Shown here: positions 1 through 13,982 of the stretch, piece by piece
Layout: each line of letters starts with the position of its first letter
How positions within the stretch are numbered: the stretch's first letter is position 1
Origin: Rhizodiscina lignyota
Taxonomy: Eukaryota
Length of the DNA stretch: 64,000 bases
Assembly (NCBI GenBank): GCA_010015805.1
Contig: ML978125.1
Coordinates: 62,001-126,000 of the forward strand
Direction of reading: 5' to 3'
Made by a program: the position numbers and the translations under genes
The notes under the pieces: generated by a model
Told to the model about the DNA's origin: nothing
Seen by the model: the letters and a program-made list of their open reading frames with translations, nothing else
The model's database searches: none

Positions 1-2658
1 TGAGCAGCAGTACGACTTTGAAGAAGTTGTTGGAAATGCCCCAGACAGGCATCTTCTCCAGTAACGTGGCCGTCTGTTCCAGAATCTCAAAGCGACCTTC
101 AAGAGTCACAAGATCAGGGATCCCATAAAGAGTGATAGCATATTCGCCACCTTGCTCAACCCATTCAGTTGACAAGTCGAACTGCAGGTCACCTGCCTCG
201 CCGAGGCTATCAATTTGAATTGCTGGTCGCAGCCCGGAGATGGTATTGACAGGAGGTAAGAGATGAGCCATACACCAGAGTGCGACCCCCGCCCAGAAAG
301 CATTATAGCTTTCCGCTGGGTGATTAAACGGATATTCTCTGACAAGAGCAAGCATCTGCGCACTGTGGAATGCAACGTCTCTAACTCTCCGCGAATTCTC
401 CGAGCCCCATTTAACCATTCGAGCGCGTGCGGCCGTGTGTGTCCCACTGCTGCGAGCCAGAGTGTGTAGCCAGTCTAACAGATCTCCAGCGCCAGTTAAG
501 TGTGACATGTGGACGATCTGGTTGATTTCCACACTGCTTCGCATAGTAGTATTTCTCTTCCCTTCCCTTTTCGCAGTTGGGGATGAAAGGAAGCGGTCCA
601 ACTGCTTAAGCAGATTGAGTTTTCCGTCACCCATTGGCCACGCCTCCGGAGCAAGATCATGTGTAGGTGAGCTTTCAAGTTCTTTCAGAGACCAAATGAA
701 TCTTGCGAATGTCGTTGCAATTATGTACTGGTGTTGGGTGCCACCAGTCAAGGGTTTCTCGGATGGCTCGTTTGCGTACATGCTACGCATTGCGTTGCGG
801 AACGGGACGGCCTGTGGTCCATTGTCACTCCAGGGGTGGAGTGCCATCCATGCTTGCGCAGATTCGGCTTCCCAAAGGGCGATCTCAGAGGGTAAACCAA
901 GTGACAACTCGCCGACCACGATTGACGGTCGTCGGTTGTGCAAATAGCTGACGGAAGCATCATATTGCTGAAAAAAAGTCAGCTTCAACTCGTGCGTGCA
1001 GAGAACTCTTAGACGGGTATCATACATAGACAGCCCAGCCCAGACGGCGGTGCTGTTCCTTTGCTAACCAGGCCTCCCACCGACTCTGTTCAGATGCATG
1101 TGCTTCCAACGTAAATTCTGCTGGTTCCTGGAAGAGGCCCATCGCTCTGGCGTTGTGAACGAGAGACATTCGAAAGCGCTCACTCATGTCGAAAAGGCGC
1201 TTGCTGCCGTTGCAAAAACCATATGACCCTTGTAAAGCTTGTGCAGCAATATATTGATACGTTCTGGTGAGACGAGTTTCGCTCTCGCCCTTGATAGCGA
1301 AGCATCAGCGTTGAAGCCAGAAACCTCGGACCTAGTTACGTACCATGAACAAAAGCAGTCGGCGATTGAGCTCAGACAAGCAATGTGCAAAGGGTTTTGC
1401 GCCTTCAAAATTCGTGAAGCATGCGCCAATAGATGCCATTGCAAGCACGAGAGGAACGCAGTCTTGACTGGAGGCGTCGAATGTCGGCCGGTGTACGAAT
1501 GCAATTCCCTGCGAAGAAACTATTAGTCAAGTTGATAAATCAAACAGCGCTTAATCCTGGGGCCCCCACCAAGTGAAACCGAGCAAAGAACAAGTCAATA
1601 CAGTAATTAAGCATTTCCGTAGTTGGGAAATTCGCCAGTGAGACGGTGCCCCAGGGAGGGCGCCCCAGAGAGGAGCCAAGCACCCTTTGGATGTCATCTC
1701 GGGCTTGAGGTAGAATTGGGCGCTTTTGAAAAGATCCCGTCACTCGAGGTGGTACTTCGTCAGGTCGGGCCAGTGGTGGAAGTGGCTTCCCTTCCGGAAG
1801 TGGCTCTGCATTCCACGCCATCGGCCAAGGGTCTTCAGCAGGGATATTCGAAGTGAATGCTTTTAACTTTTCCTTGGGTTCGTCGTTTTGAGGCCCTCTC
1901 TCAACCTTGAAATCCAGACTGCTGAAATGCGTTGCAGTTGGATTGTCTTGGAGATCAGGTAGAGATTGAAAATTCGCCAGAAACTCGGGCGAAGAGCCAA
2001 AGAGGTCATCAGATGGAGAATTGTTAAACAGCCAATTCAAATCCAAGTCGTTGGAGAAATCGAAAAATGCAAAATCGTCAATCGGCAGAGGATTTTGAGT
2101 GTACATGTCTGTGGGAAATGCAGTCTCGACACCGAAGACTGGATTCAGAGTCGATGGTGTTGATTCTTGGAGTCCATTTGGAAATTCATGAGCTTCTGCA
2201 GTACTGTTTACAGGAAGATGTGACTGTTCGGACAGAGGTACGGAAACGGGCGAGATGGACTCTGTTCCTGCAGGTGTTCCTGCAGACGCTCCTGCAGACG
2301 CTGATCCGAAGGAAGGAGGCGCAGGATAGCTACAAGCCACTCCACGCCTCTTGCATGCAGCACACTGGTCGGGTTCTCCGGAGCATTTGATCTTCGCCCT
2401 AAAATTGTCTTAGAGACAAGTGCGTATTGGAAGAGCAGCCATACCGACTCACCTCTGACAAGGAAAGCATGATCTCTTTCGGCCTCGAGACGGCTCATCG
2501 TGTAGCTTCATGTGGCGTTTGAGAGTATCTCTACCGAGTGCGTTAGCCACCGCATCGCCGTACAACGCCCTCTACCAGGTCACCCTGCCATACTTTCGGC
2601 CAAATTTCTTCCTGCACTTCGCACAAGACACATTGCCTCGTCCACCTTGTTCCGACAT
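1..2658 (-). CDS. Fungal transcription factor with N-terminal C2H2 finger plus Zn(II)2Cys6 cluster and probable fungal-specific TF domain (3' end runs off window)
   Basis: Manual splicing from ATG 2658 gives CAKC...KRHMKLH (C2H2) then CFPCQRAKIKCSGEPDQCAACKRRGVACSY (Zn2Cys6). ORF 1540-2340 ends with LNYCIDLFFARFH, typical of the start of the Fungal_trans region. Several GT-AG introns. Confidence 0.85.
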
Positions 2659-3327
2659 GGTCATATTCGAAAGTTCAACCAACAGAGATGCGACAACTCT
2701 CAATCGCTCCGAAATTTCCTTCACCGGTCCGCCGGAGGAGGTGAATACGCAGACAGCACGACAAAATGCGACTTTCAGCGGCGGATCCCGTTCGGAGGCC
2801 GGGCAAGGCCGACTTTCATATGATCCATCTCAGAGGACAATTGGGATACATTATTGAGCAAGTATTTTCAAAGACAGGGAGATCTCTTAACAGAAATCCA
2901 GATTCAGAACTCAAGCTTAAGCCAGAATGAACTTTAAGTTCGAACAGGAGAACTGGGTCGTCGTAGATGTGTAGCGTCCAAGGACGCGGTGGGCGACGTC
3001 GAAGCAAGGGACGTATTGTAAGGTTCTAGTTATTTTACGACGGAAACTAACCCTATTTAGGCTGGTGCAGCCACACATGACTCGCGCTTATCTAATTTTA
3101 CTCTCGGCCAGTCTACGTGATACAATGTAACGCGTACTCCGTAGATGAGATTGTAATGGTCCCTCGCTTTTACAGCCTGCGAAGTTAGAACCGCATGGCG
3201 TGGCATTTAGCTGTTGAACACAGCAATCAACATATATCAAACTGCCGACTACACCTCTGGTCGCCGCCTGAAAACAAGACTATCAACTTTGTTGGTCCAC
3301 TCCAAACTCGACTCAAGCCATCTTGGT

Positions 3328-4171
3328 TCACAAATGGGCCTCGGTATTACCAAAGCCTTTGATCAGCTTGAACTTGGCGGCGTCGAGTTGTATCATACTC
3401 GCAATCATTTTCTTGGTCCAATCGGTCTGTGGTATCAGAGGCTTGACCATCATGGGGCCATCCTCCAGAGTACTTTCTTCGAATTCGTGCAACGCCAGCC
3501 ATCTCGGTGCCTTCACGCGTTTCTCCGGAGGGACACTTTTGCTTTCGACTTTATAGACGAGTTCGAAACGCGTGCTTCTTCTCCACCCAGGCGCGTCTCT
3601 GCGGAGCTGCTCCAGATGCTCTTCACGATACCAACGATCCACTTCCTCCGCCAGACCATCTCCAGGTTCAAGACAGACTGATATGACTAGAGGCGCTCTC
3701 GCTGTACTAGTCAGATTCCAAAGTACGAGTCACCTAGATGTGGAGAGCGACACTCCTGAGATGTCACTCACCCCGCGCTGCGCCTGGTTTCTCATACACC
3801 TGCACGCGTCTGTAAAACCTGGTATCGAAATTCGCCAAGTTGTGTACAGGACCACCTCCCGGAAGCATATCACTCTTTTGCGGTATCGATTTGAACTCGT
3901 CTGTCTGTATGAAGCTCAAGTCTGGTACACTGTAAAGCGCAAGATACGGCGCGTCCCTCGTAGGATCAAGGCATCGATATCGCCATGAAGCGACAACGCC
4001 ATGATCCTCTGGCGCAGTTCCAAGGACATCAGGAATATGTTTCTCTTCGTACCATTTTTCGAACAATTCCGGAGACAGCAGATCGATTGCTGTGACTTTG
4101 GAGTTGCTCCAGATTAAGCCAGGCCCAGAGAGTGGTGGGCCGTCGTAGACAGTTCTATTTGGATTTGCCAT
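3328..4171 (-). CDS. EthD-like dimeric alpha-beta barrel protein (two-domain)
   Basis: ORFs 3764-4171 (GPGLIW..FEKWYEEKHIPDVL..YLALY) and 3328-3642 (DRWYREEHLEQL..GWRRSTRF..WLALHEF) joined by an intron; repeated WY-x3-H motif. Confidence 0.7.
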
Positions 4172-4564
4172 GTCTTCAGAAATGACCGTTAAGAAGGATT
4201 GCTTGCAATGATTCAGTTACGAATATCTTGGGCTTCTTGACTTTCTAATCATACATCAAGGCAGAAAAAGGTGCGCGGAGGCCTGCGTGTATGCTTTTCC
4301 GGCGTCCAGGGAAATACTCCGTTCACTCATCGGGAGCTTTGACGTCCTCTGCTAAGCCATGCGACATACAGACTCTACAGCTTCCATTTCAAGTATTTCA
4401 TGGCTTCGCGGTGTCATGAGGATCAAGTACAATTACCGCATTGGAATGTCACGTCCTTAGTCACGTCGTCGTTCGCTTTCGCTGACCCGCTGCGCTTCCT
4501 GAAGATATCTGCTATCGATCTCTATTTTGCCTCTCTGATTTGAATTTCGTCCTCTATGCGGATA

Positions 4565-5929
4565 TCACTTCCCAAACAATTCCTTCTGTGTATCATAGCC
4601 GTATCCCAGAGTCAAATGCCAGTAGTTCGGAGCACCTTGTTTTGAGATCAACCACGCTTCATCAATTGCATTTACAACGTCTTCAGGAAGTGGACCCTTC
4701 TCTAATTCTCTCATGTAGCTCTCCAATTGGCCGATATTGCTTGCGCCTATCAGGAAGCCGCTGCAAGGCGCATCAGATTCTGTCACATTCGGTAGTAACT
4801 CCGGGTTAGAAGGACTCACTCATTGCCGCCATTGGTACGCATTTTCAGTGCACTATGATGCTGTAGCCACCGTATTGCGGTCTCTATTAGTGTCAAGCCA
4901 TGCTTTTTCGTGGCGGATTCAATGACCGCAAGCGCTTCCAACGACGTCTCCCGAACGAACCTCGCACGATACGTTCGGTCAACTGCTGTAGGATTCGCTG
5001 GAGCTTCCGTCTTGTTGGCGTTGTATTTGCCTGTAAAAAGGCCTCCAGCAAGGCTGCAGGGAGTCAGCATGCGACAACGTGATTGTTCCAGTTCATGGCC
5101 TCTCTAGTCTCCTACCTATTGTACGTTACGATATCCAATCCATACCTTCGGCAGGCCGTCATAAGCTCTCCCTCAAGGCCTCTCGCTAATTTTAAATGAG
5201 CTACTCCCACGATGGCGACAGACTTTGCAGTGAGGAAACTGACTGAGTGCGTTATACATGCCCTGATAAACGGTCGGCAACACCCACCCTTTCGCCTGGC
5301 ATGTCAATACGACTTCCGCAACCTCAAACGATGCAAAGTTGCTGAGCCCGAATTGTCGAAACTTGCCCTCATCATAGAGATCGTTCACTGCACTGAGCGT
5401 CTGTTCGAAAGGCAGGCTCCGATCTGGCGCGTGCAGGTAGAAGATATCAACAAAATCCGTCTTTAGCTCTTTCAATGACTCTTCGATGTTCGCCCTTATT
5501 CCCGCTGGTGTGCTGCTCTGAGGTTTCAATGGATACACTACGGATCACTGAGCAGGTACAAGCAAAGGAAGTAGCACCAGACCCACTGGCTTTCGTTCCG
5601 ATCTTGAAACCCTTCTCTTTCCATCCTGATTTGCCTGTGAATCCCTCTTGCTGCCCTTCCTGATACATTCGCGCCGTGTCGAGCTCATCGTAGCCATTCG
5701 CCTTGAAGATGTCTAGTTCTTTATTGAAATCGTCCAAACTGGTGACTTTGGCTCCCCACGTAGTATTCTGTCGATGTAAGCCCCAGCATTGGTCTCGGTA
5801 TGCTTCCATGAGCATTGCGTACCGGGCCTACGTTCGCCACTGGGAGGGTTGCTTAATATCTTTTCTCCCATTCGAACGAATGTGCTCTTACTTACACCCC
5901 AGAATAATTCGATTCTTCTTTGCCGCCAT
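4565..5929 (-). CDS. Aldo-keto reductase, AKR7 (aflatoxin B1 aldehyde reductase)-like
   Basis: Exons encode ELDTARMY, VDIFYLHAPD, FGLSNFASFEVAE, PTVYQGMYN, LAGGLFTGKY, GASNIGQLE; multi-intron. Confidence 0.88.
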
Positions 5930-6649
5930 TCCGGCTTACTATCAAGCAATGAGATTTCTGTTCTCAATATCTCGGTCTTCACGGCTGTATGAATGTTGAT
6001 TACAATGCCAATGGCACAGCTCTTTTTAACAGCAGGGACTTGAAGATTGCTGAATGCGTCGTACGTCTGCTCCGAGGACAAATGATCTGGGAGAAGCTTG
6101 AGGTAATCAATTACCTTGCAGATTCTTACCTTATATATAATCTTTGGAAAGTGACACGATGGTAACTCCCGGTGCACTAAAAGCCCAAACCAAGCAAGGG
6201 ACTATCAGCAGGTGGGGGGTTGTCCGTGGCTTGCGAGATGGAGATCCTCTCCGAAATCAAGCCACACAACTTGCGCCACAGGTGGCTTGAAGTTTCACGC
6301 TCCCGCGTATTCTTTTCCGCAAGCTCTCGTCCCAATTCATCCCCTCACACCTCGCGGAGCTGGAGAAAGTCGTCCACGGATTGAACGGCACCTGACGCTC
6401 TCGGTACTGTTTTAGGCATTCCGAGTCAGCTCAGTGGTCTCAGGAACAATGGCACGAATCGTGCGGAGATGTGGAAGTTGGAGAGCTTTTATTGAGCGCG
6501 TCCCTGGGTAACGTTCTCTCGGGATTGTAGCTATTGTTGTAGGTCGTTGACTTTTAGTTCCGTGTGTACACTATCCTGTTCAAGCCCTCCTCCCTTCATC
6601 CACTATTTCCTTCGTCTCCAATACTTTGATTGCATCTCTCAACTTCACA

Positions 6650-8800
6650 ATGTCACCCTCACGCACAAGCAAACGACCAGTTCGCATCGCGGGTTGCTCA
6701 GGTGGCTTCACAGACCGCAGCACCGCCATCACACGCCTCGCCTCCGACCCCGATGTCGATGCCATCATCGGAGACTGGCTCTCAGAGCTCACCATGACGA
6801 TGCACGGCGCTGGCAAAGCCAAGAATCTCAAGGAAGGCAAGGGCAAGCTGACCCTCGAAGAGCGCCAAAAAAGCGCCATGTACGCTGATACCTTCCTGCA
6901 ATGCTTCGAGCCCGCTATCCCAACCCTCGTCAAGAACAAACCGAAGCTAGCAGTGAATGCGGGTGCGAGCGATACGGAGCTATTGGCGCTAGTGTGCAGG
7001 AAGATGGTGCAGGATCAGGGGGTGGATTTGAAGATCTCATGGGTTGAGGGTGATGATGTGACTTCTGCGGTGGACAAGCATATCAAAGAGGGAGAGCAAT
7101 TTGAGAGTCTAATGCATGGGAAGCGATTGGAAGAGTGGGGTATGGAACCGATTTGCGCACAGGCATACTTGGGAGGTTTATGCATTGCAGAAGCATTCAG
7201 GCAGGGTGCAGATATTGTCATCTGCGGTCGAGTTGCGGATGCTGCGCCCGTAATTGGTGTTTCAGCGTGAGTTCGAAAGATGCCAAAAGCGAAGGACATT
7301 ACTGACAGCGCTGCAGGTGGTGGCATGAATGGAAGAACGACCAATTTGACGAGCTTGCAGCCTCTCTGATTGCAGGGCATTTGATAGAATGCTCGGCATA
7401 TGTGACCGGTATGGGTGATTATATTAAGTAGAAATGAAAATTGACAGCTAACGAGACCAGGTGGCTTCTACTCCGCATTTAAGGATCTCATCAAGACCGG
7501 AAAGCATACAAACATGGGCTTCCCAATCTGCGAGATGGAAGCCGATGGTACATTCAATATTGTCAAGGAAAAGAACACAGGTGGATGTGTCACAGTAGGG
7601 TCGGTCTCGTCACAGCTTCTATACGAGATCCAAGGGCCACTGTACTACAACTGTAAGAACTTTCCGAATGTATGACGGGGTGTTAAGCTCACAGAACCAT
7701 TCCAGGCGACGTGGTGGCCGACATTACCAACATTAAAATGCAACAAGTCGCGGAGGACGTTGTGCGCGTATCGAACATCAAAGGCCTTCCGCCACCTCCA
7801 ACCACCAAAGTCGGTATCACTGCACCGGCAGGCTGGCAAGCGGAATGGCATATGTTCATGTGCGGTCTTGACATTGAAGAGAAATGCAAAATCACAGAAG
7901 ATCAGATCCGCGACGCAGTTGGCGACAACATCAGTCGCTTTTCGCTGCTCAAGTTTCACGTCAACGGGTCGAGTCCAATCGATGCGAGGAACCAAGATCT
8001 TGCGACCGTAGACTTCCGGGTCTTTGCGCAATCGAGCGATTATGAGGTTATGAGGGCAGATATCCCAAATGGTTTCAACAGATGGTGTCTTGAAGTCTTC
8101 CTCCAGAGCGCTCCAGTGAGTTGCGCGTGATTTCGTTGTTTGGGAACCTTTCTAATGAATGATTCCAGGGCCTGTCGCTTAGCAACGATCTCCGCCAAAT
8201 CACTCCCAAGCCATACTACGAATACTGGGTTTCTCTACTTCCTCAATCATCTCTCAATGTCCGTGTACATAACCTCTTTGGCGATGAGAAAGTCATGGAC
8301 TTGGCGCCGCCAGCTAAAACGCAGACGTACCCCCGGCAACAGCAGTCATATGAGACCAAAGATCCAGTTGACCTGTCTTCGTTCGGCGAGACGGTTCGTG
8401 CGCCACTTGGATACATCGTCATGGGCCGCTCCGGCGACAAGGCCTCGGACTGCAACGTCGGCTTCTTCATGCGCCATGATGATGAATGGGACTGGTTACG
8501 CTCGTTTATGACTATTGAACGAGTGAAGCAGCTCCTTGGTCCGGAGGAGTACAAGGGGAAACCGATTGATCGATTTGAGGTGCCAAATATCCGCGCTGTT
8601 CATTTCTTGTTGCATGATCATCTTGAGTAAGTTGCAGTCTTGTTTGGTGTTGGCGTACGAAGACCAGGACTGACTTGCTAAACAGCCGAGGGTACAACGC
8701 CTGCAGCACGTACGATACGCTTGGAAAGAACGCAGTAGAATATATGAGAGCGAAAACCGTCGATCTGCCGAAGAAGTTCTTGGATCGCGGAAGGATTTAA
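6650..8800 (+). CDS. DUF1446 / acyclic terpene utilisation AtuA-family protein
   Basis: RIAGCSGGFTDR, GDWLSE, AYLGG, GADIVICGRVADA, GRSGDKASDCNVGFF, NIRAVHFLL motifs across exons; stop TAA at 8798-8800. Confidence 0.9.
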
Positions 8801-11800
8801 ACGCATAATGTTGAGCAAAGTGGTTGGTCGGGCCGCTGATATGCGGGTACTGTATGCTTCGGCGTTGGTAAACATCGAATACTACCGCAATCTGGCCAAA
8901 ACTCGCGCATTGTTCAGGTCTTTCAAGATGTGTTATGTTCTCTGCTCTTCTCAGTCCTCAATTTCATGCTCTCGTGCCCTTGCTGTGCTTGACGGGTCTG
9001 CTGCCCCTATAATCCATTAATGCCAGTAAAAAGTAAGATGTTACCGGGATAAATTGCATGAAATTAAAGAAGTTTCTCCAGATACATGGGGTCTGAACGG
9101 AACTACCAATCACGAAGGGGAGGTTGTAGTAGGCAATTCCAGGTCCAGAAATACGATGGCGGTATGAAAATAGAGCTCTAAAGCATGGAATGGACATTTT
9201 GAGAACAAGGATTATAAATTGCATCTCAAAAACGCTGAGTTCCATCGGCAGAAATGCTGCTTATATCACTGTCGTGCAATCCAACCCTAGCAATCCCGGA
9301 ATGTTTCATTGTCTTCTTTTGGTGTTCTTTCTCTTTGCAATCCATCAGCGATCGCATCAGTTAATTGATTAAACATGGCAAGTCAGGATCGTAGCTGGGG
9401 TTAGCCCCTTGACCAACCATCTCGATTAGAGTACGTCATTCACCTTGTTTAGCGCTGTCCTGGCTTCCTCAAAATCAAGCCCAGCATATTGTGGAGAGTT
9501 TGCCAATGGGAGCTTTGCAGAATTGATAGGATCGACGTCGAATGAATGAATACGGCGTCACAGCCTCGCTCTTTCAGATACTTCAGTACTCTAGCTCTGG
9601 CAACAGGATCCGCCGCGATGGAAGGACGGAAGTAGGATTCGAATCGCTTCTCACAGAATGGTCCAATGCTCTGTTCGTAGCTGATTTGGATCATGTCCAA
9701 AAGGCACGATATTTAATAGACCAACGAGAGTACCAGCAATCAGCCAACGGGTGAAGTCTCTCTTGATGGATTAAGCACCTCAGACAATGGGATTCCAGTG
9801 TTCCTTCTGCCTCTGCTTGATGTGGAAGGGTCAAATCCGCATCGCCGGAGAAGTAGAGTAACCCGAATTTCCTGAAGATGCAAATCGTACACATAGAGGA
9901 CCAATGGTACAGTCGTCACCGATGAACGACCTGGTCGGGAGGCCTTTGCTGTCAGCTGATTCAATACCCTTAACCATGCCATCATGGATATGTCGCATGA
10001 CTTTCAACGTGTTGTCTTCGTTGCGCACACCTTTGACTTTGTCTGTCGCACACTAGAATGTGGCATGTCTGACGCCTCCACTCGCACTATGAAAAATATC
10101 AAGTTCATGCGACACTTCGTACCCGGCTTTTTCAAGCTTTTGGATGAGCTCACGTCCAGTGACAAGGGCTCCTGGAGCTTTGCATGGCCTGGGCCAGCGA
10201 GTGCCATCTTCGCTCGGGATACCAATAACCGCGATAGATGAGTCTGAGATGAATGCCGTCGCAAGAGTAATACCTCCAAATTGTTTGAGAAATGTACTTT
10301 CTTACCTATTGAAATGACGATACTTTACCTCCTCCGTGTCTAAGAATAAGGCGACTCGATTCCAAGAATCAAGTGCTACTCTAGAGTCTAAGCCAGCCAC
10401 ATACGATACGGCATCGGGCATAGCACATCAAATGGCGCACTCTCATTAGCGGTGCGCTCGTATGTAACCCACGTGTGGGACGGGTATCGTGAACCTGCTC
10501 ATTAAATTGTATTACCTCTCAGGAGAATTTCCGCTCAGGAAAATTTCCAAGGCGCAGCTAGCGGCTCTCTCTTATCTCTTGGCTCAATACCAATACTCTT
10601 GGTGGCACCGCCGCTTGCTCCTTTCGGCCGCCTTCCCGATACTACGACTCGGCGCGATTGCTTGCTTGCACGTATAAGTATTAGACGTGCTCCCTCTTGT
10701 CGCAGGGGATGGGGTTTCGAACGACTCGCCGCTGTTTGCGCTATTCCGAAGAACAAGCTCCGGAAGACTGAGTGACATGATGGGCACGGCGCAACACCTT
10801 TGACCACACCAGACGGCGCACTCTGGCCATAACAAAGCCCCTCGCACCGACCTTGCGCCTCTCACTGGGACAATATGTCAACTATCCAGCTTTTCGCACG
10901 ACTCTAGGATAATTCCGGTTGATCCGAATACGTTGGCGGAACAACTTCCTAACCCCTCTGCGAGTCCATTTGCGAGGTCGATTAGCAATCGCCAGCAGGA
11001 AGATGGATGTCGAAGGATCAAAGTAAAGGCCGACCACATGCGCCAAGCAGCAGTATTGAAGGAAAATGCTGTCGAGAATACTAATTTTGGCGCCAGACAG
11101 AGGCCCTTTCTCCCCATGGAGACATACCGAATCAGACCACACACAGCCATGACGCGCTCTTTCGCCATAGGTCATCACGGCGACAGCGCACGCATCAGCT
11201 GAAGTCGGAAAGCAAGCGACTCTCAGCAGTCCAATATTTCGCATTCCGGCAACACTCCAACACATTTCCAGCGATAGCCTAAGCCAATATTGCCTGGTCC
11301 TTCTGCTCAGCACTACCACCGGGGCCCTTCCGTGCTCTCATCAGAACAGGACTTTGGCCCTCTGGAAGCGGCGGCGGTTGTCACTGGTCACGCATGTCAG
11401 CAAGGCAATGCCTCCATCCATTAAGAATCTCACACAGTGGACCTTTGCGACGACCTGCAATCACTTCGTTATTGTTCAATTTCAGGTACCCGGAACGACA
11501 ATAGAACCGTTTGCTCCGCGTTGGTCACATCGTCTCACTGCCTGTTCGTCGTGTCACTCCATGCTACCCTTTTCGGGCATTTTACGCGCAAAATTCAGTC
11601 TGCCTTGTTGGACGAATGTCTCCACCGCCGCTAAAGGATCATTTCTTTCCAAATGCTCTGTCCACTTTAGGTTCGCGCTTATTCGAGGAATCAATAACTA
11701 GTTTGCAGCTTTTGAGCCCAACGATTTATGATATAGCAGCCTCGTACGGCTGCGCTGGGCAAAAGAAGCTAGGTGCCTTGCATTTTGGAAAGGCGTCATC

Positions 11801-13520
11801 CGCTTAAACTTGCTTTACGGTCCACCGCGTTTTTCCATGACCTTGCATCTCTTCCAGGCCCTTTATTTTGGTTCCAGGCTCGAGCTTGCGGCTCTGTTTT
11901 ATCTCCGCGCTGGCCCAGGAAACCCATACACTGCCACATGTTCGGGAGCTGAACGTAGCAACGTACCTGTCGCAGGAAAATAGATTAATGATGATCCGGC
12001 CCAGTTGCATGAGTCTGTTCCTGAGACATTGAGGGCTTGCCGCATTCTGATTTGGATTACTTCATATGGTAATAAGAATGACTGCTATGGACCGCATGAC
12101 TGCATCTGAACTGGCAGGATCATCGGATTTAGGTGCACACAGTGTCTTACATTATTTGGGCCCGCATCATTAAGCGTGCAGCTTCAGCTATGGAGTCTTT
12201 TTACAGCTCCGTAGCTTTTGCGGAAATAAGGGCGTTCACGACATCAGCACAGAGAGCTTTCATCAGATCGGTTTCCGCGACTTGCTGAGTCCTAGCCTTC
12301 CTTTGCTACCAGGCGTAACCTGGGGAAGGCTTCAGCTGACGAAGAGCTGTGTGCTCTATTCGGCGATGAAGCTGCAAAGCAACTGCTGTCGGCAATATCG
12401 GTCCGCTTGAAGCGTAATGATTTCGCATATTTCGAGTTTCCAGCTTTCGACGTTTGCAGCCCGTCTCGTAACTGGCTTTCGTCATCAATAGCTGCCCGGA
12501 GGATCTCCAACGGGGGTTCCTGGTTATACACGCAAATGCGAAATAGGAGGGTATTTCGTCCTCCACAATGAAGCCCGAAGAGGCATTCCTCATACGTGGA
12601 ATTGTCAACAAGGCTGCAGAGATTTGGTTCGAGATCGGCACGGCCAGCGCTTCCTGGTCTGGACTTTTGCAGCAATTAACAATTCAGTCGCTCTTACGTC
12701 GTCCGGCGAAGCTTTGTCGCCGAGGCGCCAGTGTTTTGAATGTCTGGAACAGGTGAATATAGAGAGATGGTCAAAATAGCTCCCAGAGTAGGGGAAAAGC
12801 GCGACGACAAAAGACGGTGATTGGCGAGCTTAAGCGGATCGACGAGGCTGTGGTGTCAAAAATTACCCAGAGTCGGGCGGGCTTGGGGGCGGAGTGTGCG
12901 TCCAGGTCACGTGGGCTGACTCTAAAGATATCCGCAGCTTGCGTGGTCGCTCGCATGCACCTCCCCCGCCTCTCGCAAGCACTCCTCGCCCTCCGTCGCC
13001 AGGCATTACACCCGCCTCCACATCTTGCCGTCGCTAGCACCAATGCAAGCTCTCTCGGCCTGTCTTAGATCTTGTCAAGCATCGCTGACTGAGATCTTTA
13101 ATTCTGGAATCAGCCCTAACCATTCTCGGCAACACATCAGACGCGCCTGGAGATGTCCAGGTCATCCCATTTCTAACCATGCAGCCAACGTGAGGGGGCT
13201 GATGGCTCCACTCGCATACGTTGACTGCCAGGTACCAAAGACACGCTCAAGCTCGTGAACCATCGCAAATCGCACAGAACCGGCCCTGTCATATTTTTGG
13301 AGCTGCACAGAAACATGAGCCTCGTGAGCTATATAACCTGTCCATTGTCGGCCTCGAAATGCTTCTCTCCTCATCACAACAACAGCAAAACAATCAATAC
13401 AACACTTTCCTACTCTATCATCTTTTCTTTACTTTCCTATCTTACTTTCCTAATTCCTAATTTTTAAACGACCAACCTCCATACCAGTCCTTCTAAAAAC
13501 CCCAAAAACCACCAATCAAA

Positions 13521-13982
13521 ATGCAGTTCTCCGTCGCAGTCATCCTCTCCGCCCTCGCGGCCACCACTCTTGCTGCTCCTCAGTTCGGCGAGTGGAACCA
13601 CAACAAGGGCGTCGACCACGGCTTCGGTGGTGACAACCACGGTAGCTCTGGCCACAGCAGCTCCGGCCACGGCAGCTCCGGCTCAGGCCGCTCCTCCAAC
13701 GACCATGTGATCTTCGAGATCACCAGCGAATCTGAGGCGACCAGCTCGGTCACCGTCTACCTCGGCCACGGCGTCACTCTCCACGAGACCGCCACCGCCA
13801 TCGCCGCCAGCGAGGTCATTGTCGAGCAGGTTGGCTCTGCGATCTGCACGATCGCGATCGCAGAGTCGGAAGCCTCTGTCACCGACACCATCACCGAGGG
13901 CTGGAGGAAGGAGTTCTCCGCTACCTCCGAGGCCAGCTCCACTGTCACCAGCATCAGCTGTGACTACCCCTCTGGCCACTAA
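13521..13982 (+). CDS. Small secreted protein (153 aa), Gly/Ser/His linker, two Cys
   Basis: Signal peptide MQFSVAVILSALAATTLA-AP, strong C-ending codon bias, TATA-like TATATAA near 13331, CAAAATG start context. Confidence 0.85.
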   Translation: MQFSVAVILSALAATTLAAPQFGEWNHNKGVDHGFGGDNHGSSGHSSSGHGSSGSGRSSNDHVIFEITSESEATSSVTVYLGHGVTLHETATAIAASEVIVEQVGSAICTIAIAESEASVTDTITEGWRKEFSATSEASSTVTSISCDYPSGH

